64,000 nucleotides of DNA, from the NCBI GenBank assembly GCA_951406725.2, contig OX597824.1, positions 1,674,001 to 1,738,000 of the forward strand, read 5' to 3'. Positions 13,141 to 28,274 of this stretch are shown piece by piece. The position numbers were made by a program, and so were the translations under genes. How positions within the stretch are numbered: the first letter of the stretch is position 1; every line of letters starts with the position of its first letter. Source of the stretch: Octopus vulgaris (lineage: Eukaryota). The notes beneath the pieces were generated by a model that made no database searches, was not told the DNA's origin, and saw only the letters and a list, made by a program, of their open reading frames with translations.

Positions 13141-13830
13141 ATCGGTACATCATGCTCAATGTAAATAGATGGTGGAAATGCTAATTTAGAGTCGTATTTT
13201 TATGGACGTGCTGTATTCCTAAACAGTATATATTGGGAGGGTCTGAGTGCATGCTGTTGAAAAAACCCAGTAAAAGAGAAATGTGTCTCGTATCCTCGCT
13301 AACCGCTGCTGGAATGGTTTACGGCTGACACACGCACTGGTAGGATTTTTTTATTAAATTGTAAAACACAGAACATCCACACAAGATAATTACTCCGGAG
13401 AAGACCGAGGTAAAGTTGCTTTAAAGAAAGTATGGTACACAGTTGGCTATATTAGAGCAATAATTCTGACGTTGTATATATATATATATATATATATGAA
13501 TTTTGAGTGTGATGAGATAAAAAAAGAAACAAGGCTGTATAAATATTAGAGCATTTATAGATAGAATGTCTTACAGCTGTTTCCAGGATATTTATTAATA
13601 ATAACAGCTGTAAGACCTTCTAACTATAAATGCTCTAATATTTATACAGCCTTGTTTCTTTTTTTATCTCATCACACAAAAAATTCATATATACACACGC
13701 TGACGTAGAACCAACGTTGGACCCTTTATTCGCAATATTACCGAATCTGGAACTTACCTATGGTCTGTCTATAGCACTTATTCAGCATTACCTGACACCT
13801 TTGGGTCTCAATGACACCATCATCTCTAAT
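13141..13830 (+). pseudogene. Candidate viral L-protein fragment (region after the RdRp core), interrupted by a palindromic insertion
   Basis: Removing a 2-nt TA slippage at 13231 gives AVFLNSILGGSECMLL...KRE..VSSLT; after the insertion, [32 protein letters not shown]. Resembles the mononegaviral L.P.LGG...R...DP and LxDPxxLN blocks. Confidence 0.45.
13497..13687. repeat. Near-perfect inverted repeat (arms about 85 bp, loop about 21 nt)
   Basis: 13497-13581 is the reverse complement of 13603-13687 with few mismatches; left end in (TA)n. Confidence 0.95.
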
Positions 13831-13855
13831 ATATATATACATATATATATATATA

Positions 13856-13889
<34 letters not shown>

Positions 13890-13937
13890 TATATATATAT
13901 ATATGCATATATATATATATATGCATATATATATATA

Positions 13938-14078
<141 letters not shown>

Positions 14079-14439
14079 ATGTGTGTGTGTGTGTGTGTGT
14101 ATGTACCGAATACGTGTACAAGTGCATATTTTCGTAAGTTCTGTATCGTAGCTGTGTACAAATATCCAACAATATGTTTATTCATTCGCTGCCATTCAAA
14201 AGTAGATTTCGCTGAAACACACGCGGAACATTACGGGCAGAAAGACGCGCAATGAATAGAATGATAAGCCGACATTAATGAGAATCTGTCTGGCTCCTAC
14301 AACTATGTCCGGCCACTATTACAAGAGCTTTACAATCAATATCCGGTGGAACTTTCCTTATACGTTTTCACTAGTTTCGGTAAAAATATTATAATTTCGC
14401 CATAAATATGTTACATTCATGAAATCATAGAAAGACTAA

Positions 14440-15110
14440 TATTGTACATACCTTTCAAAAGAAGGGACAGATTTCAATTGAACTGTGAGCTCCATTTTCT
14501 TGGTGATTAGATAAGAGAAAGCATTTAATGATTTGAACATGCTCACCTGTCTAGTATGTGGGGCACGTTTTCCAAATGGAACAGTTGTATTATTTATAGG
14601 TAAACACTGTACAATCCTTCGATCTGACTTGATATCGAACTTCATATTTATAGTATGTCAATCACAATACAGGAATCTGTTCCTCTTTTTAATGGACACC
14701 AAACTACATGGAACATATTGTAAATGGAAGTGTTGCATAATTTTCGGTAAATACGGTATCACATCTGAATAGGCATCTTCGTTCCTATATAGAACTACAT
14801 GTTCCTGGTTAATGGACCTTCAAATTCTACTTTACGATATTCACATAATCTAGAGTGATAACAAAGTACAAAATTCATTGACACATGTGGGAACGCTCCT
14901 TTTATCTGCAATACATTCACTCGGTAATGAATTTGATTTAAGATTCCAGTGAACTCGATAAAATGACTATTCAAACCACCCTACCGTCAACCTCACTGCC
15001 TCTGTAGATGCCTGAACATCATATATTAAGATTCCCTGCATAGCATAAACTTTGATGAATATGTAATCCAAATACTATCTCTGAAATATCAGCATTATTG
15101 AAGTCTATGA
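14440..15110 (-). pseudogene. Decayed reading frame; candidate viral L cap-methyltransferase/C-terminal fragment
   Basis: Mostly open frame: ADIS/YLDYIF...GILIYDVQAS...WNLKSN...RSINQEHVVLY; D-K-E spacing reminiscent of K-D-K-E MTases. Confidence 0.35.
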
Positions 15111-15970
15111 AAATAGTCGGTAACCAGATAAAAAAACAAAACAAAGAAAAACAATCGTTCTGTTGAATTGCGTTACTGTGTGTTCAAACTCTCTATAAAT
15201 CTATTCAGAATTAATTTTCCGCAAGACTTAGAATGTAATCCATGAATCTTCAAAATGCTACAATAACACCGATAAACTTGTAAACCTGCCTTTACAGTAA
15301 AATGGTCCAAAGAATGATAATAACGATTTTGCTTCGAAACGAAAGCGACAAAAATGGGCATAACTATATTTAGAGCGTGGCTGAGAAATGGAGTAAAAGC
15401 CAGCAGCGAAAGAACATTTATAGCAACAAGTGCACTTCCTATTCGGACAATAAATAGTGCAACGGATAATCGATAAAAATATTATTCGTAACCTATTTTA
15501 AGTTGAACCTTAAAAGTACAAGGCAACAATTATACACCCTCGGATATTCGTTACGCCATATATGAAATGTATTAAATATTATATATACTTTTCGCACAAA
15601 ACCTCTGTCTCATAAACACACAGTCAAACACACACACACACACACACACACACTATTTATATATGCAAATTATAGATTATATATGTAAATTAGATTATAT
15701 ATGTAAATTTTACAAATGGCGTCTTTTGTCGTCTGTTTTTCCAGCGCGTGGAGAGACTTATAGCTAACCCCTTGTCATAATTATGTATAGAATTATTAAA
15801 ATATATAGCGTCAGTGTATTTTGTCTCTATTTATATATATAACTATAGGCAAATCCATACATATGCATACACATATGCAGCCTTCGATTTTTTCCATCGA
15901 AAATGATTCCTCAAATTCATATTTACATGTTACCGTTTGTAGGTTTATATGCGAGCTTTCATATATATAA

Positions 15971-16040
<70 letters not shown>

Positions 16041-16576
16041 CATATCTTTTATCTGTTGCGGGTTTCAGCCAGAGGCTGAGGCTAAGTTGGTGCACCGCAT
16101 TTACTGCATCCTGGGATTTTTCCAGTATTGCTTCTGGTGAAGCAGCGAGTTGGACGCTGCCGCTCTTCCCTGTGCCTTCTGCTGCGATGTCGCTTCATCA
16201 GGTATTGCAGATAAAAAGTAAAAAAACATAAATTCCCTAAATTCCCTTCATTGTCTACTGATTTCACAGTCCTATTTATAAAGTTTTTGGACCATCCCCC
16301 ACCACCACCTTAATTCATAATTTTTCAAAGAGATTCCTCTCTATCTTTTAATGATACAGCTGGCATTGTTCGTTCCTTAGCATTGTACTTGTTTATATGT
16401 TTATCTGTTTGTTTATATATAATGTCCTAAGCGTTTTTGGGCCCCTTAAAACATATACCACTTTTTCATATTTTTATTCATTTTTATTTTATTTATATCA
16501 ACTCGTGTAACGATCTCAATAGCTTGCCCTTTGTTTTAAAATGTATGTGTGTACATGTATATGCATACATATACAT

Positions 16577-16649
<73 letters not shown>

Positions 16650-16653
<4 letters not shown>

Positions 16654-16795
16654 ATCCAAACAAGAAAGCACAAAAAACACAACAATGCGAGGACGTGGAA
16701 CAAATATAGTATTATTGGACGCTCAGGAAAGAAGGAAAGAAGGAATTTTTAACGTTTCGAGCGGAGCTCTTCGTCGGAAACATAGGAGAAAGCAG
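16650..16795 (-). mobile_element. Hammerhead-carrying short element family H1, truncated
   Basis: Homologous to 48805 and 63308; minus strand reads gtttCCGACGAaGAGCtccGCTCGAAACGTT; bounded by (TA)n. Confidence 0.8.
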
Positions 16796-16857
<62 letters not shown>

Positions 16858-18651
16858 GCCTCATACATAGATGTGTGTGCCTGATATTATAACCTTCAGT
16901 CGGACAAGATTTAATTGTGATAATGGTGCATTTGTTTTAAATAAATGCTGTTTTCTAAAACTGTGCAATTTGCTTCGCTGTAAACCCGATTGTCAACTAA
17001 GATTAACGGAGCATTAAATGTTTTGCCAGTATAATTGCATTATGTGACGAAAAAATTAAGCGAAGGACCCATGTAGAGATGATGGAGGAGAGAAACGGGG
17101 TTACTTTGCTTTTATGTCAGCACGTATGAAATTTAGAAGAAAGAAGTGAGTCCATGGAGTAATTCTGTTCACGTGACGACGAGGTAATAGAATTGGAAAT
17201 TTCATGATTTTATTATATAAACTAGGGGCCCATGGCATATAGTTTAAAATATTTTGATAATCAATTTTGAGATTTTGGAAAATTTGATTTATAAACTAAA
17301 AGTGCTTTCGTATTTCATATGTTAGCTATGATTTAGTAATGTATTTTGCTTTTGTATTATTTATTATTCTGAAAATGAACTAAATAAAGATGCATTAGTG
17401 GTGAGGCAACCTACGATATATTTGATTTATTTCGTTTGTTCTATTGTTCCGAATGTTGCGTTTACGTAATTGGATTATGAGAGAATGTGGACACATTAAG
17501 GGAAGCATGATTGAATGATTCGAATGAGGTTTGTAAACATAGATCATATCTATTCACTTTGTATTTGGATAGTCCACTGGATGCACATTTTAAACTTTCT
17601 TCTGTTATAAATCATTTTCTAGATTTAATACTGTAGTTGCATTTCTTGGATATTAGATCAATGTTACAGGGTTGTTTGACTCCAAATTGAAAAGAAAGAT
17701 AAACTCGCAACATACAATATATATTTTTTATTACATAACGGGAAAAGCCACCACAAATCGCAAATAAATAAATCCTCTTTTGTTACTCTTCGTGCAACTT
17801 CTGCTTCCTGAATTGCTACAACTTGCATAGTATTTTCTAAAATTTTACCACCGCGAAATCAACCGTTATTTTTCGACATTCGTAAAGTAACAATTTTTTG
17901 TGTACCCTTAGCAGCACTCAAGTACAAATAAGAAAAATATAACTTGTCACTACTAACATCATCGATACCCTCGATCAGTTAATTCTCCTTTTCCACTCGA
18001 CATCTCGCAATACACTGCTGGAGTATCATGAATAGAAATCGTATATGCATAAATTTGGTCAATATGGAAATAAAAAGAGCGGCGAAAAACGAACCGGCTT
18101 AACCATCACCAGCACTATTACCTCCCCTCGCTTTCACTAATGAAATGAAATAAATGATAATTACCCACGTCTCGGATTTACCTCGTTAGTCAAAGAACCG
18201 GTTGGTAAGGTGGCTAATTTCCATTTGACGTCCTACTAAACCAAAATCAAAATCTGTGAACGGATGGATGAACACTGTAGAATCAACGGCAATTCAACAG
18301 TTATGAGTGACCCCTACTATTTGTTTAGACATATTTCTAGAAAAGAGAAAACTAATGTAACGCATGTGACTTCGTTTGAATCTCATGATAGACTAGTTCT
18401 ATTGTAGCAAATACATACGTTCAGTTGAGAGTAGGGTTGGTCCCATGCAAGGGACCAATCAGTGTCCTCGCTCAGAAGGCTTCACGTTCACGTGTCCATT
18501 AATCTGTAGCATCTCTGTCAAAACCTCAGTTATATTTTTCATACTATGTCCGACAATAGTCGGAACATGCAAAGCAGGCGAAGACAATTCTGTGATAAAC
18601 TGAAGTTAAGTCTTACCTTGAGTGTTAAACTCACTGAGCTTCGGCTACGTG

Positions 18652-19741
18652 CATACATACATACATACATACATACATGCATACATACATACATACATAC
18701 ATACATACATACATACATACATACATACATACATGCATGCATACATACATACATACATGCATGCATGCATACATACATACGTACATACATACATACATAC
18801 ATACATACATGCATGCATACATACATACATACATACATACATACATACATACATACATACATGCATGCATGCATGCATGCATGCATGCATGCATGCATGC
18901 ATGCATACATACATACATACATACATGCATGCATGCATGCATGCATGCATACATACATACATACATACATACATACATACATACATACATACATACATAC
19001 ATACATACATACAAACATACATACATACATACATACATACATACATACATACATACATACATACATACATACATACATACATACATACATACATACATAC
19101 ATACATACATACATACATACATACATACATACATACATACATACATACATACATACATACATACATACATACATACATACATACATACATACATACATAC
19201 ATACATACATACATACATACATACATACATACATACATACATACATACATACATACATACATACATACATACATACATACATACATACATACATACATAC
19301 ATACATACATACATACATACATACATACATACATACATACATACATACATACATACATACATACATACATACATACATACATACATACATACATACATAC
19401 ATACATACATACATACATACATACATACATACATACATACATACATACATACATACATACATACATACATACATACATACATACATACATACATACATAC
19501 ATACATACATACATACATACATACATACATACATACATACATACATACATACATACATACATACATACATACATACATACATACATACATACATACATAC
19601 ATACATACATACATACATACATACATACATACATACATACATACATACATACATACATACATACATACATACATACATACATACATACATACATACATAC
19701 ATACATACATACATACATACATACATACATACATACATACA

Positions 19742-19775
<34 letters not shown>

Positions 19776-19797
19776 CATACATACATACATACATACA
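18652..19797. repeat. About 1.15 kb (CATA)n array with (CATG)n variant blocks at the left end
   Basis: Direct reading. Confidence 0.98.
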
Positions 19798-19899
19798 TGC
19801 ACACAAGCAAGTATAAATGCCTCTTCTGTATTTATTCATGTAATTCTTTCTTCTAGGAAGGAGGTGGTTTCTGTCAATAGTACAAAGCTCCATCTTTGG

Positions 19900-20690
19900 A
19901 ATGTTGTTGACGAAAACAATGTCACATTTGAAACCTGAGAAAAGTCTTGCATAATTTTACTGTTCCAAGTTAGTTGGTTGATTTACTTTTCTGGAAATCC
20001 AAGCTTATCCAGACTGACAGTTGGCATTTACTTAGAAAGTCAAATACTCCAATTGTTATTGGTATAAATGTAAATTTGTAATCCGGATATAGAAGCTGGA
20101 TATTTCGAAGCAGTTGTCCATAGTTTATCTTCTTTCTCTTTGATTTTCAGAGATATTCACATTGGCAGAACATTTGACCTCTATGACACTCCATGCTTTC
20201 TCCTGTCTGACCCAAACAACAATATCCGGTCTGTTATGTTTACACTTGACAGATGTATTGATGGGAATGTTCCACCAGTATTCCTTGTGTAGGTATCTAT
20301 GTACGTATTCAATAACAGTCGGTTCTTTCAATTTATTCCCGGGTAGTCTTTTCCCCCATTGGCATTGTATATTGTTTTTGCGACAACTTCATGTCATTTA
20401 GGGGGGTAGTATCAGTACGAACATTTTGGCAGCTGCTAATCACATGTGTGATGTCTTCCACATAAATATGACATAATCTACATTTATGGTTGCATCTTGG
20501 AACTCCATCGACTTCACTCTTACTTTTGTTGATTAGGTGTTTAGTAGCAGTCTCCATTCTTGCAAATACAGTGTAAGGTCACGAGTCCAGGAGGGGCTTG
20601 CCTTTTTGTCAACATACCCACACAAAGTTGTTTCTCTTTTGTTATGCTGAACGTTTCACCTGCAGGTCTTCTTTCAAGTAAGCTTGCTCG
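19900..20690 (-). mobile_element. R4/Dong-type non-LTR retrotransposon remnant (CCHC knuckle and REL endonuclease)
   Basis: KCRLCHIYVEDITHVISSC, YWWNIPI...KHNRPDIVVW...IEV, YGQLLRNIQLLYPDYKFTFIPITIG; frameshifted. Confidence 0.85.
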
Positions 20691-20777
20691 GCTGATTTGG
20701 GGTTGTTAGGGAGGTCATCAGGAAGAGAGTACTTACTCACGAGCTACGTTCAACACGAAAGAGTGTTATTTTTGTTG

Positions 20778-20839
<62 letters not shown>

Positions 20840-21450
20840 CGCACACATCACATACACACGTGATTGGTATTTGCAGCTCTGAAATTTCAGTTCGTCGAGG
20901 AACTGAACTACGAAGTGCATTGTACTGGTGTTCAATATACGCTTCTGGGTGAAGAAAGAGAAAAAGGAGCAATCATTTCATAAACGCGGGAGCGCTTCTT
21001 GCTTGAAAATTACGATTAATGAGGGTAGGAATAGATTAGGAGCTAAGAAATACAAAATAACTCCAAAATTGATCCCGAAAATTTGGTAATGAAATCAATT
21101 AAACGTTGTTGTTGTTAGCTTACATCTGCAAAAGTTTTCATACTTTAGCAAAATTTTATGTATGGCGTCCAACAATATGAAATTTTATAGATAAGAAATA
21201 TCATTATGAATAGAATTAATATGATTAAAGATTTAAATATGTGGCTTAAAAGATATAAAATGATTTTATAATGGTATTATGAGTTGCAAATACCGTATTA
21301 GAAATAAAATTAAGATATTAGTAGAATATTTACACTGATGAAATTGAATAAACGTTGCACGGGAGTTTCATGTAACAATGGGTGAGGGATTATTTTAAGA
21401 TTTGTATATGATTAATATAAGGGAATTTATACTAGTAATCTTTTCAACTG

Positions 21451-21649
21451 AAGACACAGGCCTGAAATTTTGGGGAAGGGATTAGTCGATTACATCGACC
21501 CCAGTGTTCCACTGGTACTTAATTTATCGTCCCCGGAAAGGTGAAAGACAGAGTCGTCCTCTGCAGAATTTAAACTCAGGTTATAGTGACGGGCGAAATA
21601 CGGCCAAGGAATTCATTCGGTGTGCTAACGACTCTGCCACCTCGCCACC
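21451..21649 (-). mobile_element. SINE family A
   Basis: gtcgattacatcgaccccagtg...ggtacttaatttatcg...gctaacgactctgcca, shared with other copies. Confidence 0.85.
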
Positions 21650-23611
21650 CTGTTATTTCATACTAATAACGACATCCCTTTATGTTACATCCATGCTAGC
21701 TTTGCAATTTCTCATGTATAGTTAAGCATTATTTTAGTCTCATCCATTGATGACAAAATATTATGCTTGTGGGGCGATGATGATATGAATATAGAGATGA
21801 ATCTGATTCGTGTTTACTAGCTGAGTGGCATCAACATTGTTCTCGCATATGTGTCTTCCAAATTTCAAACTTGTTCTATATAAAATTTCTTCTCTTCCCT
21901 CTTTGAATCTTATTTCCTCTGACATATATCAACAACGGTGCCCGTCATTCAACTTACCTCAGCTATCTCACTTTCTTTGTCTATCCAATAGTAAGTACAC
22001 ATTTGTCTTCAGTGTTAGTTTCTTTCTGGCTTGTTTATCGATTTACCTCTTGCAATTTCAAATTTCTTTATTCTTTACAGTTTTTATGCTCTTCATACTT
22101 GTTAAAGCTGCCAGTCTGACTCCCTAATATCATATCTATTTCCTCTATTGTTCTTTATAATTATCATTTCATGCTTATTCTATCAGCGTTTCAGCGTATT
22201 ATATTTGTCGTCGGGAGGGTTTCTTAAGAACCACATAGAAGAGTGTTAAGTTGTCCATTTAGTAAAACCTATCTCCTTCTACCTGTGTTACGGTGGGGAC
22301 AAAATAAAACACTTTGAATCCTTCGAAGATGGCGTTTGCTCCACAATGTGGTGGTGGAGCGTACATAAGCAAGCACAGGACATAATAAGATCTGCTTCTT
22401 CCTTTTTATATTTTACGCGAAATTCTATTGTATTTCGCGAGGTTACACGGTTTCAGTATTATCCCCTAATAGGCTAGGATAATTTATTATCACTGACATA
22501 AGTAAGGTTTAAAACTAGATTTATATATTACATTCTACATCTTCCATAAAGAAACTTAATTTCAAATAATGGAGAGTACAAAAAGCAATATGGAATTAGT
22601 TGCGTTTTCCTTCATTTTAAGATGTCATCATTTCAGTTTCTGATGACATGTTGAAAAAAGAGAAAACATTGGCGACTGTTTCAAATGCTTCGTATTGTTT
22701 GAGATAATTAACTACACAAGTTGCACCGAATCTACGTACTCTGACTGGAAGTGGTTTTCTGAACGAGTTATTCAAAGACGTACTTGGTTGCCTTGTATAG
22801 AATTCATCAGTTAATTTAAACACGTTCACATATAATAGTGAATGGTGAGTGGAAGAGACCCAAGTTTCTCTCTAAAATCATAATCGCACCAACTAAACAC
22901 TAGGAATCAGGTAAACACACACACATATGTGTATATATGTATACGTGTGTGCGTATTTATGTTTCTGCTTAAATGTAGGTGCAAAATTGTAACAAGAAAC
23001 AATCATAAACGAAGATACGTTAATACAGATGAAGCCGCACAAATATGATGAAATGAAACAAAACAAATTCACAAAGACCGTAAACTAAACGACACTTTGA
23101 TAAAAACATTCCATCTTTAGAGATTAAACAATGAGATAGCAAATAGTTATCTATTAATGCGGGAGTGAAATAATTTCATGGCCAAGAACGGAATTAATAG
23201 AGGACTCGTTCTACTGAAGTAAGAGCAACCATTTTTTTCCATGCGCGCGCGCACATACACACACAGACACACAGACATACATACAGACAGCCATTGATAC
23301 AACCACTCACAGGCATACACACACAAACACACACAAAGCTACTCATACACGCAGTCATAGACTCAACCGCGCACTCGAAAGCACACATACACGCACGCAC
23401 AGCCACACGTTCACCTCCCCAACACACAACCACACACACACACATTCACACATTGCTCACACAAGTTATGAATGTGTGTGTATGTATCCATTTAAATAAT
23501 TATCTTATTTCGAAATTTACAGACGAGGATTGTTACACAAAGAAAATACTCGAAAACATTAAGCATAATAAGACAGACATTTAAAAAAACCCCAAAGAAT
23601 CCAAGGAAAAA

Positions 23612-23697
<86 letters not shown>

Positions 23698-24439
23698 AAG
23701 AACAGAGCTCCAAATTTGTTTAAAACATAATTGAAAATATATTTGTAAAAAGTAGATTTAGAAGGGAAACACATAAATAACAATTTTGTTATCTGAGATA
23801 TTAATTTGCAAAAAATGATAGAAATATAAAAGCTAAAAAGAAGACAAGAATGACCAACAAAATCAAATTTAAAATAATTAATTAAAGCAAGCTTAGGTAT
23901 GATAGAACTCTAAATAATTCCTTTTTCGGTATGTTTTGAGGGCATTAATTTCTTTCAAAATCGTTTTATTAATGTCTTCTGTATAACAAAAGACTTTAAT
24001 TAAAGTCGAATATACATAAATACAAAGAAATGCAAACAAGCTCGCTCAAACAGAACCTCACACGGACGCCAAAACATACACGCATCTATTTCCATTTGTA
24101 AATATAGATATATATATTTGACTGTATATTTTTGTGTGCACGCGTCTGTGCGTGCTTATGTGTGTGCATTATGTACATGTACGTAGGCACACATATGTAT
24201 ATACACATTTTTGTATCCTTATATAAAATTTGAAGCTAGCAAGAAAATGACTGTATATATATATAATAGAAGAAAATTGTATATGTACCGAGACAATAAT
24301 AGTCCTATGTAAATTAGCGGTTTATAGTAGTGCTAAACATATAAACAAACATTTATGTAAATGAAAACGTCTTTGCCTGGGAAAGACGTAAACATAAGAG
24401 TGGAGTGGTAAGAAATGCTACTATTCAGCTCTCTCTCTT

Positions 24440-24476
<37 letters not shown>

Positions 24477-24492
24477 CGCTCTCTCTGTCTTT

Positions 24493-25270
<778 letters not shown>

Positions 25271-25316
25271 CATTCTTTGTCTTTTGTTTTTTGTAAATTC
25301 TCTCTCTCTCTCTCTG

Positions 25317-25350
<34 letters not shown>

Positions 25351-26269
25351 TGTATGTATGTATGTATGTATAGTTTTGCATTTGTGTATGTCTGCCTTTG
25401 TATGAGTTTACAATTAAAGTAGAGTATACATCAGGCGTTGAGTAATCTTTAGTATAAGACTTCAATGGAAATGAATGACTCGATCTAATAACAGAAGAGT
25501 TAAACCGCAATTTAAATGAGAATTTTTCAATACATCATTTTATGAATATATACATATTTACGGAAATATAACTTAATCCTGTTCCTAGAAAAAATGCATT
25601 GATGTCTTGATGTTGCCACATCGCTTATATCTATAGCAGTTCAATCTCTCTCTATTACACCCAAGTCTACGTAAAAACAACTGGACACAGGATAGTCTAA
25701 TCATAGATTTGCAACACTCAGCCGGGCGCATTATGGAATGATTACTGTTGGAACACCTTTGATTATAGGTATTAATCACAGGTAACACTGATATTAATAA
25801 GCAAATATCATCAGGAATAGCATAGTTAATGTTATCTTTTTTTTAACCGGAAATGTGTTATTAGTTCTCTAATGCTTTCGAATTATATTTTATTGAACCG
25901 TGTGTAATACGCAGCCTGTCTAGGCAACTACATGTCCTGTGCATTATGTATCTGATATAGTACATGTCCAATGCATTATATGTCGACGTATGAACTTATT
26001 TTATCGAGTCTGCATATAAAGCAGACAGAAATAATCTCCACAGTCTTTGAATAGAATTGAATACTGTAAAGTGTATCGTCTGCTTCGACGTCTCACGACC
26101 ATTCAGTTACTGCAATATAAGTGTGCGAGCAATCGTATGCTTGTGTGCGTGTGTGAGTCTGTGTGTGCGAATGTATATGTGGTTACATATGAATTTATCT
26201 CTTTCACGAGCTCTTCTCACATTTTTGTACCTTGCTTTTCAGATAAATAATGTCAGACATTAGGTTGAT

Positions 26270-26595
26270 TCAGCAAATGAACAGGCACTCTGCATTCATT
26301 GCCTTAAAGTCGCGGCGTAGTGAGAGAGACATTTCTCACTTCCTGCAAGATGCGCGAATTTGTGTTGTCAAAGTTTGAAATGAGCTAGAGGCTGCTAGCA
26401 GGGATCAAACGTCAGCAACTAAACCCAAGACGTATGCACTGAGTCCTAATACCAAAATGCTCAGAAATAATCGATATAATAGTCCGGGGAGTCGATGGAA
26501 GCCATTGCAATGCATAAAGGATGCACCAGCCGAAGCGCCGTGCATGAGGACATCCAGCATGTTGCATGTAATGTAGAGGAGTCAGTGTTGCTTAA
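26270..26595 (+). mobile_element. Tc1/mariner (maT/DD37D-like) transposase N-terminal remnant
   Basis: MNRHSAFIALKSRRSERDISHFLQDARICVVKV*NELEA...PGESMEAIA...RSAVHEDI, typical of the HTH region of this family. Confidence 0.7.
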
Positions 26596-28274
26596 TCGTT
26601 GGATTGTTTCTGCTTCGGACCAACATATTGTAGTTGATAGACACATTTACTACCGGTCACTGATATTTTCTTATGATCTACGGGAGATGAGCATTGTTCT
26701 ATATTAAAATCTCAAATAACTCGATTGATATGTATCTAAACATGCACATCAATATAAGCTGTGTGACATTTTTGATAGTTGGTATAGGCAACTACAAACG
26801 CATCCACGGTACACATACATTCCCAAATTTCAATGTTAATAAATATACTTGAAATTAATATTCGAAATCAATTACAGATTATAACAAACCAGACAGAAAT
26901 TCTTTACTTAAGTGCAAAGAACGCAACAACGATGACAAATACAGGGCTTGCAATAATTTTCACTTACATTAGATTGTTGACACGTAGTAAAATCTCCACC
27001 TTTCATGTATATTCATACGTGATCTAGAAAAAGAAGAAGCATAACATATAGTTAGTGCCATAGGAATTGGCAAAGATCGACAGAACACGAAATTATTTAT
27101 ATTTGAAGCTGAAACTAAGAACGGGCAAGAAAAATTTTGGACAGTCGGAAATATCTACAGAAGACATGGCCTCGTATGCCAAGGGTAGCTTTCGAATTCT
27201 TTTTAACTCAATATTTATATGCTATTGTTTATAGCTTTAACTACTTCGAGTTTCAACTTTCCAAAATTCAGAAAATGATTATGAAGATTTCATGCTATTT
27301 GTCAATATAAAACAAGTTGTATATATTTATACACGCAAATGGCGGTAAGTTTTCTCATGTGCACAACGGGGTAAATGCATACATATATACGTACATACAC
27401 ACATACGTACAAACATACATACGTACATACACACATACGTACATACATATATATATATATATACGTACATACATACGTACATACATACCTACATACATAC
27501 ATACAAACATACATACATACATACAGTCATACAAAGACACCAACACACACACATATATATTTATATGTGTGTGAGCGTTATACTAATACATCTGTTTTTT
27601 TTTTGTAAACTCTCCCTAAGTATATATATATATATATATCCGAGTTTGTATAATTGTGTATAGAAGGATATGTTAATCAATGCAATTTCAAGCTAGTTGG
27701 ATTTTCACGTATTATTATTTACAATTTTTACAAATTTACAATATATAATAACAGCATATTATATATTTATTTTGATAAATCTAGTATTTTTTCAATGCGT
27801 TAGTGACAGTCGTGTTTCACAAATGACAACCGTAGTGATATGATTCGATTTGTCCATTAAATACCTCTTCTCGGGCTCCCGTAGGCTGAATCTTACGAAC
27901 TGTATTTTGACCAATCAGTATGCGGCTTAGATGTCACGGGATGGTGACTGTGCCAACTTGATTAGCAATTATCCTGCTTTGTTCAAAGAAGCATTTTAGC
28001 CAGTTGGTGTGTGGCTTACATGTCACGCTTTATTGGCCACGTGAAGGATTCTTTACTTTCATGGAACTTAAAAAAATAATACCTTGCCTTTATTTAATTG
28101 GATTATATAGTTATCGGTTTTACACTTTTTTCTATATTCTGTAAGTGTCACAATATAGAAACAGTTCTCATGGCACCAGCAGACAATTTACAAATACATA
28201 TTTTATGTTTTCAAGGGCCCAACTAGTTATCATCATTATTTCAACTATTACCGTTACTTTAAGTGCGATTATTA

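Noticed and set aside
18539-19938. Six overlapping 380-440 aa ORFs
   Set aside because: Pure translation of the stop-free (CATA)n microsatellite
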